Shown here piece by piece: positions 30,123 through 39,509 of a stretch of DNA of 64,000 nucleotides. The notes beneath the pieces are model-generated. The model saw only the letters and a program-made list of their open reading frames with translations. It made no database searches and was not told the DNA's origin. Each line of letters opens with the position of its first letter. Positions within the stretch are counted from its first letter, which is position 1. The position numbers were made by a program, and so were the translations under genes. The stretch comes from Spirochaetia bacterium (GTDB taxonomy: Bacteria; Spirochaetota; Spirochaetia; SZUA-6; Bin103): contig CBDBDQ010000005.1 in the NCBI GenBank assembly GCA_965203905.1, positions 4,864,001 to 4,928,000 on the forward strand, given 5' to 3'.

Positions 30123-30322
30123 CTTGGTCTCGTCGCGGAACGCCGCCTTGCGACCGGCAGCAGGTCGGGCTGCGAGCCGAATGCCTCGCCCAGCCTGCGG
30201 CGCCGGTCGGCATGGGCCAACTCCCGCAGACCGAGTTCCAGTACGGCGGTCTTGGTCTTTCCCCGATGTAGCGCCATCGCCTCGCTGACCAGATCGTCGT
30301 CAAGATTGATCGTGGTCTTCAT
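30119..30322 (-). CDS. vapB: VapB family antitoxin
   Basis: MKTTINLDDDLVSEAM...KTKTAVLELGLREL; overlaps the vapC start. Confidence 0.85.
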   Translation of the reverse strand: MKTTINLDDDLVSEAMALHRGKTKTAVLELGLRELAHADRRRRLGEAFGSQPDLLPVARRRSATRPS

Positions 30323-30509
30323 ACAGATTGTTGTGCCCTATCTGTCCATATCAATCAACGCGATTCTGTATTGGGCTGCCGGGCTATCCCCGCCGCCCCC
30401 GGCAGCTACCGCGTGTTTCTCACACTCGAACGCGATGCGGAATCCGTCTCCAGCAACGCCTGCACCGTACAAACCCACGCCGACCGCCGCGGTGGTCCGG
30501 GGTAGTCCT

Positions 30510-30857
30510 TCAGCGGCCGAGAACGACGTCGATTCCGCGCAAGATGTGCGCTAACTGCCGGCCCCCGATTCGGCGCACGCGCTCTGCCAGAGTGCGCCGA
30601 TCGAGCGCGACCACCTGCGACGCGTTGGCGACCGAGTCCTTCGGCAAACCAGTGACCTTTGGCGCCAGCACGGTATTGCCCGGCGCATCCGCCCAGGCCA
30701 GGTTGCTGGTCAGCGGGACGCACACCACGGTCGAGATCCGGCTCCGGTTCAGCGAATTCCCCTGAACCACCACGACAGGTCGTCTCAGGCCAGGGCCCGA
30801 ACCTACCGGCTCCGGCAGTTCGGCCCACCACACCTCACCCTGAGCGGGCTCTACCAT
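30510..30857 (-). CDS. mazF: MazF/PemK family endoribonuclease toxin
   Basis: QGEVWWAELPEPVGSGPGLRRPVVVVQGN..N, VPLTSN, GLPKDSVANASQ. Confidence 0.92.
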   Translation of the reverse strand: MVEPAQGEVWWAELPEPVGSGPGLRRPVVVVQGNSLNRSRISTVVCVPLTSNLAWADAPGNTVLAPKVTGLPKDSVANASQVVALDRRTLAERVRRIGGRQLAHILRGIDVVLGR

Positions 30858-31090
30858 TCCGACCGCTCAAGCGTCTTCCGCGCTGCTGCTGCCACGAAGT
30901 CGTCCGGCGCCGTAGCACCAAGGCGGTCGACTACCCGGTCCATCGCCTCCGTGACCTCGTCCGGCGCGTGTCGGGCGAGATACTCGGCAATGGCATCGGC
31001 GTACAGCCGGCTGCGCGACCTGCTCGACCGTCGTGCGTGACGTTCCGCGGCATGGAACAACTCATCCGGAAGGGATACGGCGGTTTTCAT
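30851..31090 (-). CDS. Ribbon-helix-helix antitoxin (ChpI/MazE6-like)
   Basis: MKTAVSLPDELFHAAER....SRSRLYADAIAEYL...EW; overlaps the mazF start. Confidence 0.88.
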   Translation of the reverse strand: MKTAVSLPDELFHAAERHARRSSRSRSRLYADAIAEYLARHAPDEVTEAMDRVVDRLGATAPDDFVAAAARKTLERSEW

Positions 31091-31201
31091 ACCATCAGTA
31101 TGACCGGGCGATCGGACCTGAACAACCGGCGCTCGCCGGTAGCGCAAGGCGGTCTCACGCTGTTCACTTGAATACGTTGGATCCTTGATTACGATGTATC
31201 C

Positions 31202-31456
31202 ATGATCACGACAGTCACGGCGAAGAACCAGGTTACGGAGCCGGTCGGGATTGCCGTTGCCGAGGCGATCAAACCAGGCACACGTCTTCAGTGGAGCGTG
31301 ACCGAGCGCGAGCACGTCATAGAGGTCCGCGTGCTCCCGAGCGCCGCCGCGGTTGCGGCCGGGCTCCGCGGGCGTGGACTGCGGTATAAGAAGCGATCAG
31401 TCAGCGCCGTCGACGACCTCGTGCGCGAACGTGAACGAGACGACGACCGGAGGTGA
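31202..31456 (+). CDS. AbrB/MazE/SpoVT family antitoxin
   Basis: MITTVTAKNQVT.P.......IKPGTRLQW; SAVDDLVRER tail. Confidence 0.8.
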   Translation: MITTVTAKNQVTEPVGIAVAEAIKPGTRLQWSVTEREHVIEVRVLPSAAAVAAGLRGRGLRYKKRSVSAVDDLVRERERDDDRR

Positions 31457-31560
31457 AGCGGTCACGCACGTGCTCGACACGTCGGCTATTCTCGCCCACT
31501 ACTTCGATTAGCAGGGAGCCGAGATGGTCGAGAGACTGTGGCAAGACTCTTGGAACCGGG
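31453..31560 (+). pseudogene. PIN/VapC toxin remnant
   Basis: After a frameshift reads THVLDTSAILAHYFD*QGAEMVERLW; TAG and truncation. Confidence 0.65.
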
Positions 31561-31565
31561 TGGCT

Positions 31566-31785
31566 CTACCACTTCGCATGCGCGAGCATCTGCCGCGTGG
31601 CGCGCGCCACGAAACGGTCGGTTGCGGTCTCACCGAGACGGTCGACCACCCGGTTCATGGCGTCGGTAACCTCTGCGGCAGTATTCCTGGCGAGGTGCTC
31701 GGGGATTTCATCCGCATGGAGCCGGCTTCGGGACCGGTTCGAACGGCGTACGTGCCGTTCCGCGGCATGGAACTGCTTCACGCCA
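31566..31785 (-). pseudogene. Second, 5'-truncated copy of the RHH (ChpI-like) antitoxin
   Basis: FHAAERHVRRSNRSRSRLHADEIPEHLARN...EVTDAMNRVVDRLG...W matches 30851..31090; MKTAVS start missing. Confidence 0.78.
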
Positions 31786-31949
31786 CTAGTATAGCCGAAC
31801 GACGTGCTGAGCCCGCGTGTGCTACGGGCCGGATCGCCGCGCGAGCCACATGACGCCAACTCAGGGCTGCTCTCACCGTGCTTGCCGCGCTCGCCCTCGG
31901 CGGGGCACACTTCACCCAACGTCCCACGGCCGAACCGATCGTGCGATTC

Positions 31950-31992
31950 CTGTTTAATTGATGTGTTAGTAAGGAAATCAACGTAATATCGT
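31950..31992 (+). promoter_or_regulatory. AT-rich putative promoter region of the BREX operon
   Basis: TGTTTAATTGATGTGTTAGTAAGGAAATCAACGTAATAT upstream of brxF. Confidence 0.4.
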
Positions 31993-32054
31993 CGGTGACC
32001 GAGAATCATGATTGGTCGTCCAGACGGGGCAGATTTGATGTCCAACGAGCGCGA

Positions 32055-32537
32055 ATGATAGATGCACAAGATCCTCCAGTGGACACGGTCCTTGCCCACA
32101 TCAAGACGGCCGGGGAGCTGTACCATCGCCTGATCCTGGTCGTGTCCCCCGGCGGATCAGGGAAGACCGCGACGCTACGGGCAGTTGCAACACACACTGG
32201 CGTGCAGATAGTCAATCTCAACCTGGAGCTCTCTCGCCGGTTGCTGGATCTCACCGAGCGCCGTCGGGCGCTTGAGGTGCCCGGTGCCCTGGATGAGATC
32301 CTGGGGTGGGACAAGCCGCTCGTCCTGCTGGACAACACCGAGATTCTGTTCGACCCGGCGCTCCAGCAGGATCCTCTCCGTCTGCTGCAGCGCGCGTCGC
32401 GCAACCGCACGATCGTCACGTCCTGGAACGGCACGGTCGACGACCGCTACCTGAGCTACGCGGACCCCGGCCATCCTGAGCACCGTCGTTACTCGACAGA
32501 CGGTCTGGTGATCGTAGTCCCTTCAGCGGTAACGTAA
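32055..32537 (+). CDS. brxF: BREX-3 P-loop protein BrxF
   Basis: LYHRLILVVSPGGSGKT, VNLNLELSRRLL, LLDNTEILFD..LQQDPLRLL...SRNRTIV..W.G......YA.PGHPE.R.Y; first gene of the locus. Confidence 0.9.
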   Translation: MIDAQDPPVDTVLAHIKTAGELYHRLILVVSPGGSGKTATLRAVATHTGVQIVNLNLELSRRLLDLTERRRALEVPGALDEILGWDKPLVLLDNTEILFDPALQQDPLRLLQRASRNRTIVTSWNGTVDDRYLSYADPGHPEHRRYSTDGLVIVVPSAVT

Positions 32538-32552
32538 GGTAGACGAGACACG

Positions 32553-35500
32553 ATGACCTACAACGACCTGATTCAGTTCGAGCCGATCGAGACGGTGGTG
32601 CAGTTGCGCGACGCCGATCACGAGTCGGCTGCTCACCGGCTGGTGGCCACCTACGTGGTGAGCAACGAGATGGCCGAGAAGCTCGCCGCCGTTCTGATCC
32701 CCCAGCTTCAGTTCGACGAGCCGGCCGACAACAAGGGGTTCCTGGTGGTCGGCAACTACGGAACCGGCAAGTCCCACCTGATGTCGGTCATCTCCGCGGT
32801 AGCGGAGCGCGGCGAGTTGCTCGATGCGCTCACTAACGAGGACCTGGTTGCCGCGGCGCGCCGGATAGCCGGCCGGTTCAAGGTAGCCCGCACCGAGTTG
32901 GGCGCTACCACGATGGATTTCCGTGAGTTCGTCTGCTCCCAGCTTGAGGAGGCACTCGCCACGTGGGGCATCGAGTACCGATTCCCGCCCCGAGACACCA
33001 TCCCGAACCACAAGCGGGCATTCGAGGAAATGATGGCCGCGTTCCACCGGCAGTACCCCGATCACGGGTTGCTGCTCGTGGTGGACGAGTTGCTCGACTA
33101 CCTCAAGAGCCGCAGAGACCAGGAGTTGGTCCTCGACCTGAACTTCCTGCGTGAGGTGGGCGAGGTGTGCAAGGACCTCAGGTTTCGCTTCGTGGCCGGA
33201 GTGCAGGAAGCGATCTTCGACAGCCTTAGATTCGCCCACGTGGCTGATAGTCTTCGGCGCGTCAAGGATCGCTTCGATCAGCTTCTCATCGCCCGAACGG
33301 ACGTGAAGTTCGTGGTCTCCCAACGGCTGCTCAAGAAGAGCGGCGAGCAGCAAGCGCAGATCCGCGATTATCTGTCTCCGTTCACGAAGTTCTACGGCAA
33401 CATGAACGAGCGGCTGGACGAGTTCGTGCGCCTGTTTCCGGTCCACCCCGATTTCATCGACACCTTCGAGCGAATCACGGTGATCGAGAAGCGAGAGGTC
33501 CTTAAAGCGCTCTCGGTGGCGATGAAGCGGGTCATAGACCGCGAGTTGCCGTCCGACAGCCCAGGTCTGATCGCGTACGATGCCTACTGGCGCACGTTGC
33601 GCGAGAATCCCGCATTTCGCGCCGACCCCGACATCAAGGCGGTGATCGATTGCAGCCAGGTGCTGGAGGCACGCATCAGGCAGGCGTTCACCCGCCCGGC
33701 CTACCAACCGGTCGCGTTGCGGATCATTCATGGGTTGTCGGTCCACCGCCTGACACACCAGGACATCTACGCGGCGCTGGGAGCTACTTCGGAGGAACTC
33801 CGGGACGGCCTGTGTCTGTACCAAGAGGGAATCGAGGACTTGGGGGGCGAGCCGGCGGACGACCTGCTCACGCAGGTCGAGACTGTCCTGCGTGAGATCC
33901 GGCGAACCGTGAACGGGCAGTTCATCACCGCGAACGCCGACAACGGCCAGCACTACCTCGACCTCAAGAAAACCGACGACTACGACGCCTTGATCGAGAA
34001 GCGCGCCGAGACACTCGACGAGTCGCAGCTAGATCGCTACTACTACGAGGCGCTCAGAAGCGTGCTGGTGGAACGCCCAGAGGCGATCTACGTTCCCGGC
34101 TACCAGATCTGGGAGCACGAGCTGGAGTGGCTTGAGCGTCACGCATCGCGGCGGGGCTACCTTTTCTTCGGGGCGCCCAACGAGCGATCCACGGCGGTCC
34201 CGCCGCGCGATTTCTACCTGTACTTCGTCCAACCGCACGATCCGCCGCACTACCAGGACCAGAAGAAGCCGGACGAGGTGTTCTTTCGATTCACCGGCCA
34301 GGACGACACCGTGCGGCACGCGCTCAGGAGCTACGCCGCGGCGCTTGATCTGGCATCACGCGCATCTGGGCACGCGAAGGAAGCGTACGATGGGAGAGCG
34401 CGAGGCTCGCGGCAGGACGTGACGAATTGGCTGCAGGACCGGATGACCACGGCGTTCGAGGTCACCTACCGAGGAAGGACCAAGCCCCTGATGAGATGGA
34501 TCAAGGGCAGGCGTACCGGAACGGGCGCGCGAGCCAACGTCAGAGAGATGGTGAACGCAGCCTCTTCGGTTGCCCTCGCCGCTCACTTCGAGAACGAAGC
34601 TCCGCAATATCCTACCTTCGCGGACTATCACACCCCCAAGAGCCGGCTGCAGGCGGTTCGGGACGCTCTGCGATGGATAGCCGGTTCCGCAAAGACGCAA
34701 CAGGCGGCAAAGGTCCTCGACGCCCTGGAACTGCTCGACGGTGACCGGCTCGATCCCAAGCTTTCAAAGTACGCGGGCCACATTGTCGATTCGTTGCGCA
34801 AGAAGGGGGTCGGGCAGGTCCTCAACCGGGAAGACCTCATCGACACCGTTCAGGATGTCGAGTACTTGGCGCCGGCCACGTTTCGGCTGGAGCCTGATTG
34901 GGTGGTCGTTCTGCTGGCGAGCCTCGTCTACTCCGGCGAACTGGTGCTCGCCGTCCCCGGCAAGAAGCTGGATGCCACTGACGTGGCAGTCCTCGCAGCC
35001 ACGCCGGTAGATGAACTCGCCAACTTCAAACACGTCGAGCGCCCCAAGGAGTGGAACATCCCGGCCCTGAGCGCCGTGTTCGAAACGGTGGGTCTGACCC
35101 CAGGCATGGCGCGACTCGTGACGCAGGGCAAAGACGCACCGGTTCAGGAACTGCAGAAGGCGGTGACCTCCTTCGTGACCAGGGCAGTCACGGCGCAGCA
35201 GGCGATACGGGAAGGGCTGCACTTTTGGGGCAGTAACCTGCTCGACGAGCAGGCCGACCTCAATCTGCGCAACAACCTGGATACATTCAAGGTGTTCCTT
35301 GAATCGCTGCAGGCGTACTCGTCGCCCGGGAGGCTCAAGAACTTCCGCTACGACCGGTACGAAGTGGAGGCGCAACAAGCCGGACTGAACGCCGTGCGAG
35401 AGGTTGAATCCCTCGTGGCGCTGGTCGCGGCGCTCGGAGGCACGGCGTCCTTCTTGTCGGCAGCGGAGGCCGTGCTGCCACCGGACCACGAGTGGACTGC

Positions 35501-36266
35501 ACGGATGAAACAAGCAAGGACGACCCTCCTCGGACAGATCGTCGATCCCGCGGCACGGTCTCAGCCCGCGTTCCGCCGCGAGGCGCAGCGGGCGCTCGGC
35601 GATCTGAAGCAGCAGTATGTCCGCGTATACCTCGACCTTCACACGCGAGGCCGACTCGGCGTCAACGACGACGCGCGCAAGCGCTGGCTCCTCAAGGACG
35701 AACGCCTGAAGAAGGTAAGCACACTGGCTACCATCGACCTGATGCCCCGCGGGCAGCTCGCGGGCTTTCAGGACCGTCTGGCCGGTGTGAGAAGCTGCTT
35801 CCGACTGACCGAGCAGGATCTCGTTGCGTCCCCTGAGTGTCCACATTGCGGATTCCGGCCGGCTACTGAGTCGACACCCGCGCGCGCTGGCGACGTGCTC
35901 TCGAACCTCGACGACGAACTCGACACGATCCTGTGCGGTTGGACTCAGACCCTGCTCACCAACCTGGACGACCCGATCGTCAGCGAGCAGGTGGCACTCT
36001 TGGATTCTGCCGAGGGCAGGCTTGTCAGTGCATTCATCGAATCCCGCACGCTCCCCGAAGACCTGGATCACAGCTTTGTCCACGGCGTTCGCACCCTGCT
36101 CTCCGGCTTGGCCAAGGTGGTCATAGCCACGGCGGATCTTCGCGAGGCGCTCCTTTTCGGGGGATCACCTGTGACTATCGACGAAATGACGACACGGTTC
36201 GGTGACTATCTAAGCGACCGATCGAAGGGTAACGACCGCGACAAGGTGCGGATCGTGCTGGAGTAG
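32553..36266 (+). CDS. brxC: BREX-3 ATPase BrxC/PglY (DUF6079)
   Basis: [18 protein letters not shown], Walker [10 protein letters not shown], Walker B LLVVDE, C-terminal CPHCGF and VRIVLE; 1237 aa. Confidence 0.9.
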   Translation: MTYNDLIQFEPIETVVQLRDADHESAAHRLVATYVVSNEMAEKLAAVLIPQLQFDEPADNKGFLVVGNYGTGKSHLMSVISAVAERGELLDALTNEDLVAAARRIAGRFKVARTELGATTMDFREFVCSQLEEALATWGIEYRFPPRDTIPNHKRAFEEMMAAFHRQYPDHGLLLVVDELLDYLKSRRDQELVLDLNFLREVGEVCKDLRFRFVAGVQEAIFDSLRFAHVADSLRRVKDRFDQLLIARTDVKFVVSQRLLKKSGEQQAQIRDYLSPFTKFYGNMNERLDEFVRLFPVHPDFIDTFERITVIEKREVLKALSVAMKRVIDRELPSDSPGLIAYDAYWRTLRENPAFRADPDIKAVIDCSQVLEARIRQAFTRPAYQPVALRIIHGLSVHRLTHQDIYAALGATSEELRDGLCLYQEGIEDLGGEPADDLLTQVETVLREIRRTVNGQFITANADNGQHYLDLKKTDDYDALIEKRAETLDESQLDRYYYEALRSVLVERPEAIYVPGYQIWEHELEWLERHASRRGYLFFGAPNERSTAVPPRDFYLYFVQPHDPPHYQDQKKPDEVFFRFTGQDDTVRHALRSYAAALDLASRASGHAKEAYDGRARGSRQDVTNWLQDRMTTAFEVTYRGRTKPLMRWIKGRRTGTGARANVREMVNAASSVALAAHFENEAPQYPTFADYHTPKSRLQAVRDALRWIAGSAKTQQAAKVLDALELLDGDRLDPKLSKYAGHIVDSLRKKGVGQVLNREDLIDTVQDVEYLAPATFRLEPDWVVVLLASLVYSGELVLAVPGKKLDATDVAVLAATPVDELANFKHVERPKEWNIPALSAVFETVGLTPGMARLVTQGKDAPVQELQKAVTSFVTRAVTAQQAIREGLHFWGSNLLDEQADLNLRNNLDTFKVFLESLQAYSSPGRLKNFRYDRYEVEAQQAGLNAVREVESLVALVAALGGTASFLSAAEAVLPPDHEWTARMKQARTTLLGQIVDPAARSQPAFRREAQRALGDLKQQYVRVYLDLHTRGRLGVNDDARKRWLLKDERLKKVSTLATIDLMPRGQLAGFQDRLAGVRSCFRLTEQDLVASPECPHCGFRPATESTPARAGDVLSNLDDELDTILCGWTQTLLTNLDDPIVSEQVALLDSAEGRLVSAFIESRTLPEDLDHSFVHGVRTLLSGLAKVVIATADLREALLFGGSPVTIDEMTTRFGDYLSDRSKGNDRDKVRIVLE

Positions 36267-36333
36267 TGCTAGATGACGCTTCTACACACGATCCTTGGCA
36301 CCATTATAATCAGAACAATAGCCCAAGGTAGGA

Positions 36334-37557
36334 GTGATGACACTTTACCCTCGACAACCAGCATCCGGAGATGGCCAGACCGAGACCAATCCGCGAGTCT
36401 TCGTGAGTTCCGTAATGGAGAACTTTGCTGAGTACCGAGAGGCAGCCGCGATAGGGATTCGCCGCGCTGGATGCGAGCCGGTCCGGGCAGAGGACTTCCC
36501 CGCGCAATCCACTTCACCACGGACGGCCTGCTTGGACGGGGTTCGTAGTGCAGACGCACTGGTGCTCATCCTTGGCGAGCGTTATGGATTCGTCGGACCT
36601 TCCGGCCTCGCCGCAACCGAAGAAGAATACCGGGAAGCTCTGAAAACTGACAAGCCCGTATTGGTATTTATACAGGCTGGTGTCATACACGAGCCCCGAC
36701 AGGCGTCTCTGATCGCCAACATTCAAGGTTACGTCGACGGCCACTGGCGCAAGGCATTTCGGGGATCCTCGGAGTTGGCGGAGCTCGTGGAAGACGCAGT
36801 GAAAGCCGCAGACTTGGACGCCGTACCGCTTCGCGGAAGCCAAGCAGCAGCGAGGAGGGTGCGTTCCGAGCTGACGGATGGTTTCACGAACGGTACGGAC
36901 GCAGTAGTCCTGCGGACAGTCTGGGCAACGCTGCGCAACGAGGAGGTCATTGATCCTCTTGAGCTCGACGACGGCGAGTTCAAGCGAGTACTGCTACGTA
37001 TAGGGCATGAGTGCGTCCCACCGGTATTCGACTACGCCTGCGGCAAGAGATCATTCGTCGAGACTTCACGTATCAGGATAAATCAAGGTGATATCCAGAA
37101 TTGGGGCGGTACTGAGCACTTCGCCGCTGTGGAGATCAGCGTCCAAGGAACGATGGTGGTCACGCAAGGCGTCACGGGAGCCGAGGATCGACGCGACACG
37201 CTCGACCATCATCTAAGTGCTCATGTGATTGATCCGAACGTCTTGCAGGCGCAGATGAAACAAGCGTGGGCCTTCGCCGCGGGTTGGTGGAAAGAACGTG
37301 ACCCCTATCTGAGACACGATAGGCTACTGTACAATGTTGGTCTCTACAACATAGGACACCGTGTATTCGGCCCGCCTCCTCGCGCGGGAGAACCCATCAC
37401 GGTGCCGTTTGTGCCCTTGGACGGTCCGTTGATCGTGTTCGACTCGCCCCGAACCGTATCTCGTGCCTCTCTCGATGTCTCCGACGATGAGGTTGCACGA
37501 GCTATCAGTCTTATCGGACGCCGGTTTCGCCAACTCCACGATAGATGGCAGCGATGA
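36334..37557 (+). CDS. DUF4062 (TIR-like Rossmann) domain protein with an unassigned C-terminal domain
   Basis: RVFVSS......REAA......G.EPV..E.FPA...SP...CL..V..AD..VLILGERYG...SG..ATEEEY..A....KPVLVF. Confidence 0.8.
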   Translation: MMTLYPRQPASGDGQTETNPRVFVSSVMENFAEYREAAAIGIRRAGCEPVRAEDFPAQSTSPRTACLDGVRSADALVLILGERYGFVGPSGLAATEEEYREALKTDKPVLVFIQAGVIHEPRQASLIANIQGYVDGHWRKAFRGSSELAELVEDAVKAADLDAVPLRGSQAAARRVRSELTDGFTNGTDAVVLRTVWATLRNEEVIDPLELDDGEFKRVLLRIGHECVPPVFDYACGKRSFVETSRIRINQGDIQNWGGTEHFAAVEISVQGTMVVTQGVTGAEDRRDTLDHHLSAHVIDPNVLQAQMKQAWAFAAGWWKERDPYLRHDRLLYNVGLYNIGHRVFGPPPRAGEPITVPFVPLDGPLIVFDSPRTVSRASLDVSDDEVARAISLIGRRFRQLHDRWQR

Positions 37558-39395
37558 CGCGGAGTGCGCTGATCGATCGCCTGAGCAAGTACGAGTGGTC
37601 GGATGTCGAATTCAAGGAGGCACGCAACGCAGCGCCCAAGAGTGCGTACGAGACGGTTTCCGCGTTTGCCAACACTGCTGGTGGTTGGCTGGTGTTCGGT
37701 GTCCGCGACCGCGGCGGGTCGCTCGGAATCGTTGGCGTCATTCAGGTTGACAAGGTACAGAACGAGTTCCTGAGCACCCTCCGGTCCGGGCAGAAGATCA
37801 ACCGCGCCATCGACGTTGCCGAGGACATGGTCGAGACCGACGGCAAGACGCTCCTCGTCTTCCACATCCCGGAGTCGCCTCGGAGCGAGAAGCCAGTCTA
37901 CCTCGACGGCGACATCCGGCGCTCATTCATTCGGCGCGGCGCCGGCGACGAGCGTTGTACTCCTGCGGAGATCGAGCGGTTTCTCCGAGATGCTTCCGCG
38001 GACCGCTACGATGGCGAGACGCTGTCCGGACTGGACGCCGAGGAGTTCTTCGACGCGGAGTCCGTGCGCTGGTACCGGCGCGTGTTCGACGAACGCAACC
38101 CCGGCAGGCATCAGGGGCTCTCGGATGTGGAGTTCCTGAACGAATGGGGCTTCGTCGTGGAACAGGGCGATCGCCTGGCGCCCACGCGCGCGGCGACCCT
38201 CGTCTTTGGTCGCGCGCGCCACGTACGCCGGATACTGCCGCGACCGGTCGTCGATTGCCAGTTCATCGACTCTCCGTTCCACTCGTGGTCGACCGACCGG
38301 CGATGGTACGACCGAATCGTAGTCGAGGAGAATCTCGTTCAGGCGTGGCTGATGCTGTCCGAGCGCTACGCGAAACATGCCGAACACCCGTTCAGCGTAG
38401 ACGCGGCAACGCTCCGGCGGGATGACGATCCGCCGGACTACGTCTCATTCCGCGAAGCGGCCATCAATCTGCTTATCCACCAGGACTACGGCGATCACGG
38501 CCGCAAGGCGTCTATCAGGTTCTTCCGCGATCGGACCGTGTTCTGGAATCCGGGCGACTCCTTCGCCGCCACCGATGAGCTTCTGGACCCCACCGAGAAG
38601 GAGGTGCGCAACCCGGCGATCGTTGGCGCGTTCCGCCGGATCGGGCTGAGCGAGCAGGCGGGGACCGGCGTACGCGCGATCTTCCAGGGCTGGCAGCGGC
38701 TGGGCCACGTTCCTCCGGTGATCGAGGACGACAAGGCGAAGAAGACATTCGAGCTTCTGCTGTTACGCGAGGTGCTGGTCAGCAGAGAGCAGCGGCTGCT
38801 GCAGGCGCAACTCGGCGTGAACCTCAGCGAGCCGCAGGCACGGCTCTTCGCCGTCGCCTGCCGTCGGCGCGGCGCCTCGCTCGCGGACGCGAAGGCGGTG
38901 ACGGGCCATTCGGGGCCGGAGGCTCGGAAGGTGCTGGACGCGCTTGCCGTACAAGGACTCCTGGAGGCGTCGGGAGATACAGGCCGGTACGGCCTTGCCG
39001 AGCACATCAAGGGTAGCCTCGATACTGCACAGCTTGATCAGTCGACGAGTGACCAAGTCCGGGAAGGCGCCGCCGGCTTGGTCAGTGACCAACCCGGCAG
39101 ACCTGACGCCCACTTGGTCACTCCCGCGCTGCCCAATCTGACCGACGATCAGCGCGCGATCATCACGCTGTGCGAAGTACCGCGCAAGCAAGCCGAGCTC
39201 ATGCGGGAGACCGGGCTCTCGCACCGTACGTTCTTTCGGCGTAAGCGCTTGGACCCATTGCTTCGGGCCGGGCTGATCCGCATGACCCGCCCGGACGAGC
39301 CGAACCACCCCGACCAAGCGTACGTGGTGACCGAGGCAGGTCTCGCATTCCTGCACGAATGGCGAGCCGAAGTTGGCCGCGAGGGAGACCCATGA
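37545..39395 (+). CDS. AlbA_2 (Schlafen-like) + HATPase_c_4 + winged-HTH protein
   Basis: EWSDVEFKEA....PKSAYETVSAFANTAGGWLVFGV; REAAINLLIHQDY; RNPAI..AFRRIGLSEQAGTGV; C-terminal LDPLLRAGLIRMTRPDEPNHPDQAY. Confidence 0.85.
   Translation: MAAMTRSALIDRLSKYEWSDVEFKEARNAAPKSAYETVSAFANTAGGWLVFGVRDRGGSLGIVGVIQVDKVQNEFLSTLRSGQKINRAIDVAEDMVETDGKTLLVFHIPESPRSEKPVYLDGDIRRSFIRRGAGDERCTPAEIERFLRDASADRYDGETLSGLDAEEFFDAESVRWYRRVFDERNPGRHQGLSDVEFLNEWGFVVEQGDRLAPTRAATLVFGRARHVRRILPRPVVDCQFIDSPFHSWSTDRRWYDRIVVEENLVQAWLMLSERYAKHAEHPFSVDAATLRRDDDPPDYVSFREAAINLLIHQDYGDHGRKASIRFFRDRTVFWNPGDSFAATDELLDPTEKEVRNPAIVGAFRRIGLSEQAGTGVRAIFQGWQRLGHVPPVIEDDKAKKTFELLLLREVLVSREQRLLQAQLGVNLSEPQARLFAVACRRRGASLADAKAVTGHSGPEARKVLDALAVQGLLEASGDTGRYGLAEHIKGSLDTAQLDQSTSDQVREGAAGLVSDQPGRPDAHLVTPALPNLTDDQRAIITLCEVPRKQAELMRETGLSHRTFFRRKRLDPLLRAGLIRMTRPDEPNHPDQAYVVTEAGLAFLHEWRAEVGREGDP
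39048..39122. repeat. 75-bp dyad-symmetric array of TGACCAA/TTGGTCA half-sites inside the AlbA gene
   Basis: AGTGACCAAGT-19 nt-TTGGTCAGTGACCAA-19 nt-ACTTGGTCACT, symmetric about 39085. Confidence 0.75.
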
Positions 39396-39418
39396 GCCGC
39401 GGTTTCCACGTGCCGAGG

Positions 39419-39483
39419 TTGGTCACTGAGCAATCCCTCTGCCATGCGGCAACTTGGTCACTGTCTTCCGCTGACTTGGTCAC
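39419..39483 (+). promoter_or_regulatory. TTGGTCAC box array upstream of pglXI
   Basis: Boxes start at 39419 (TTGGTCACTGAGCAA near-palindrome), 39454 and 39476; spacing 35 and 22 nt. Confidence 0.55.
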
Positions 39484-39509
39484 GGTACGACTTGCCGGAG
39501 GCGATGTGG

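Noticed and set aside
22161-31800. Integron cassette array
   Set aside because: No intI, mixed gene orientations and no attC-like sites recognisable by eye.
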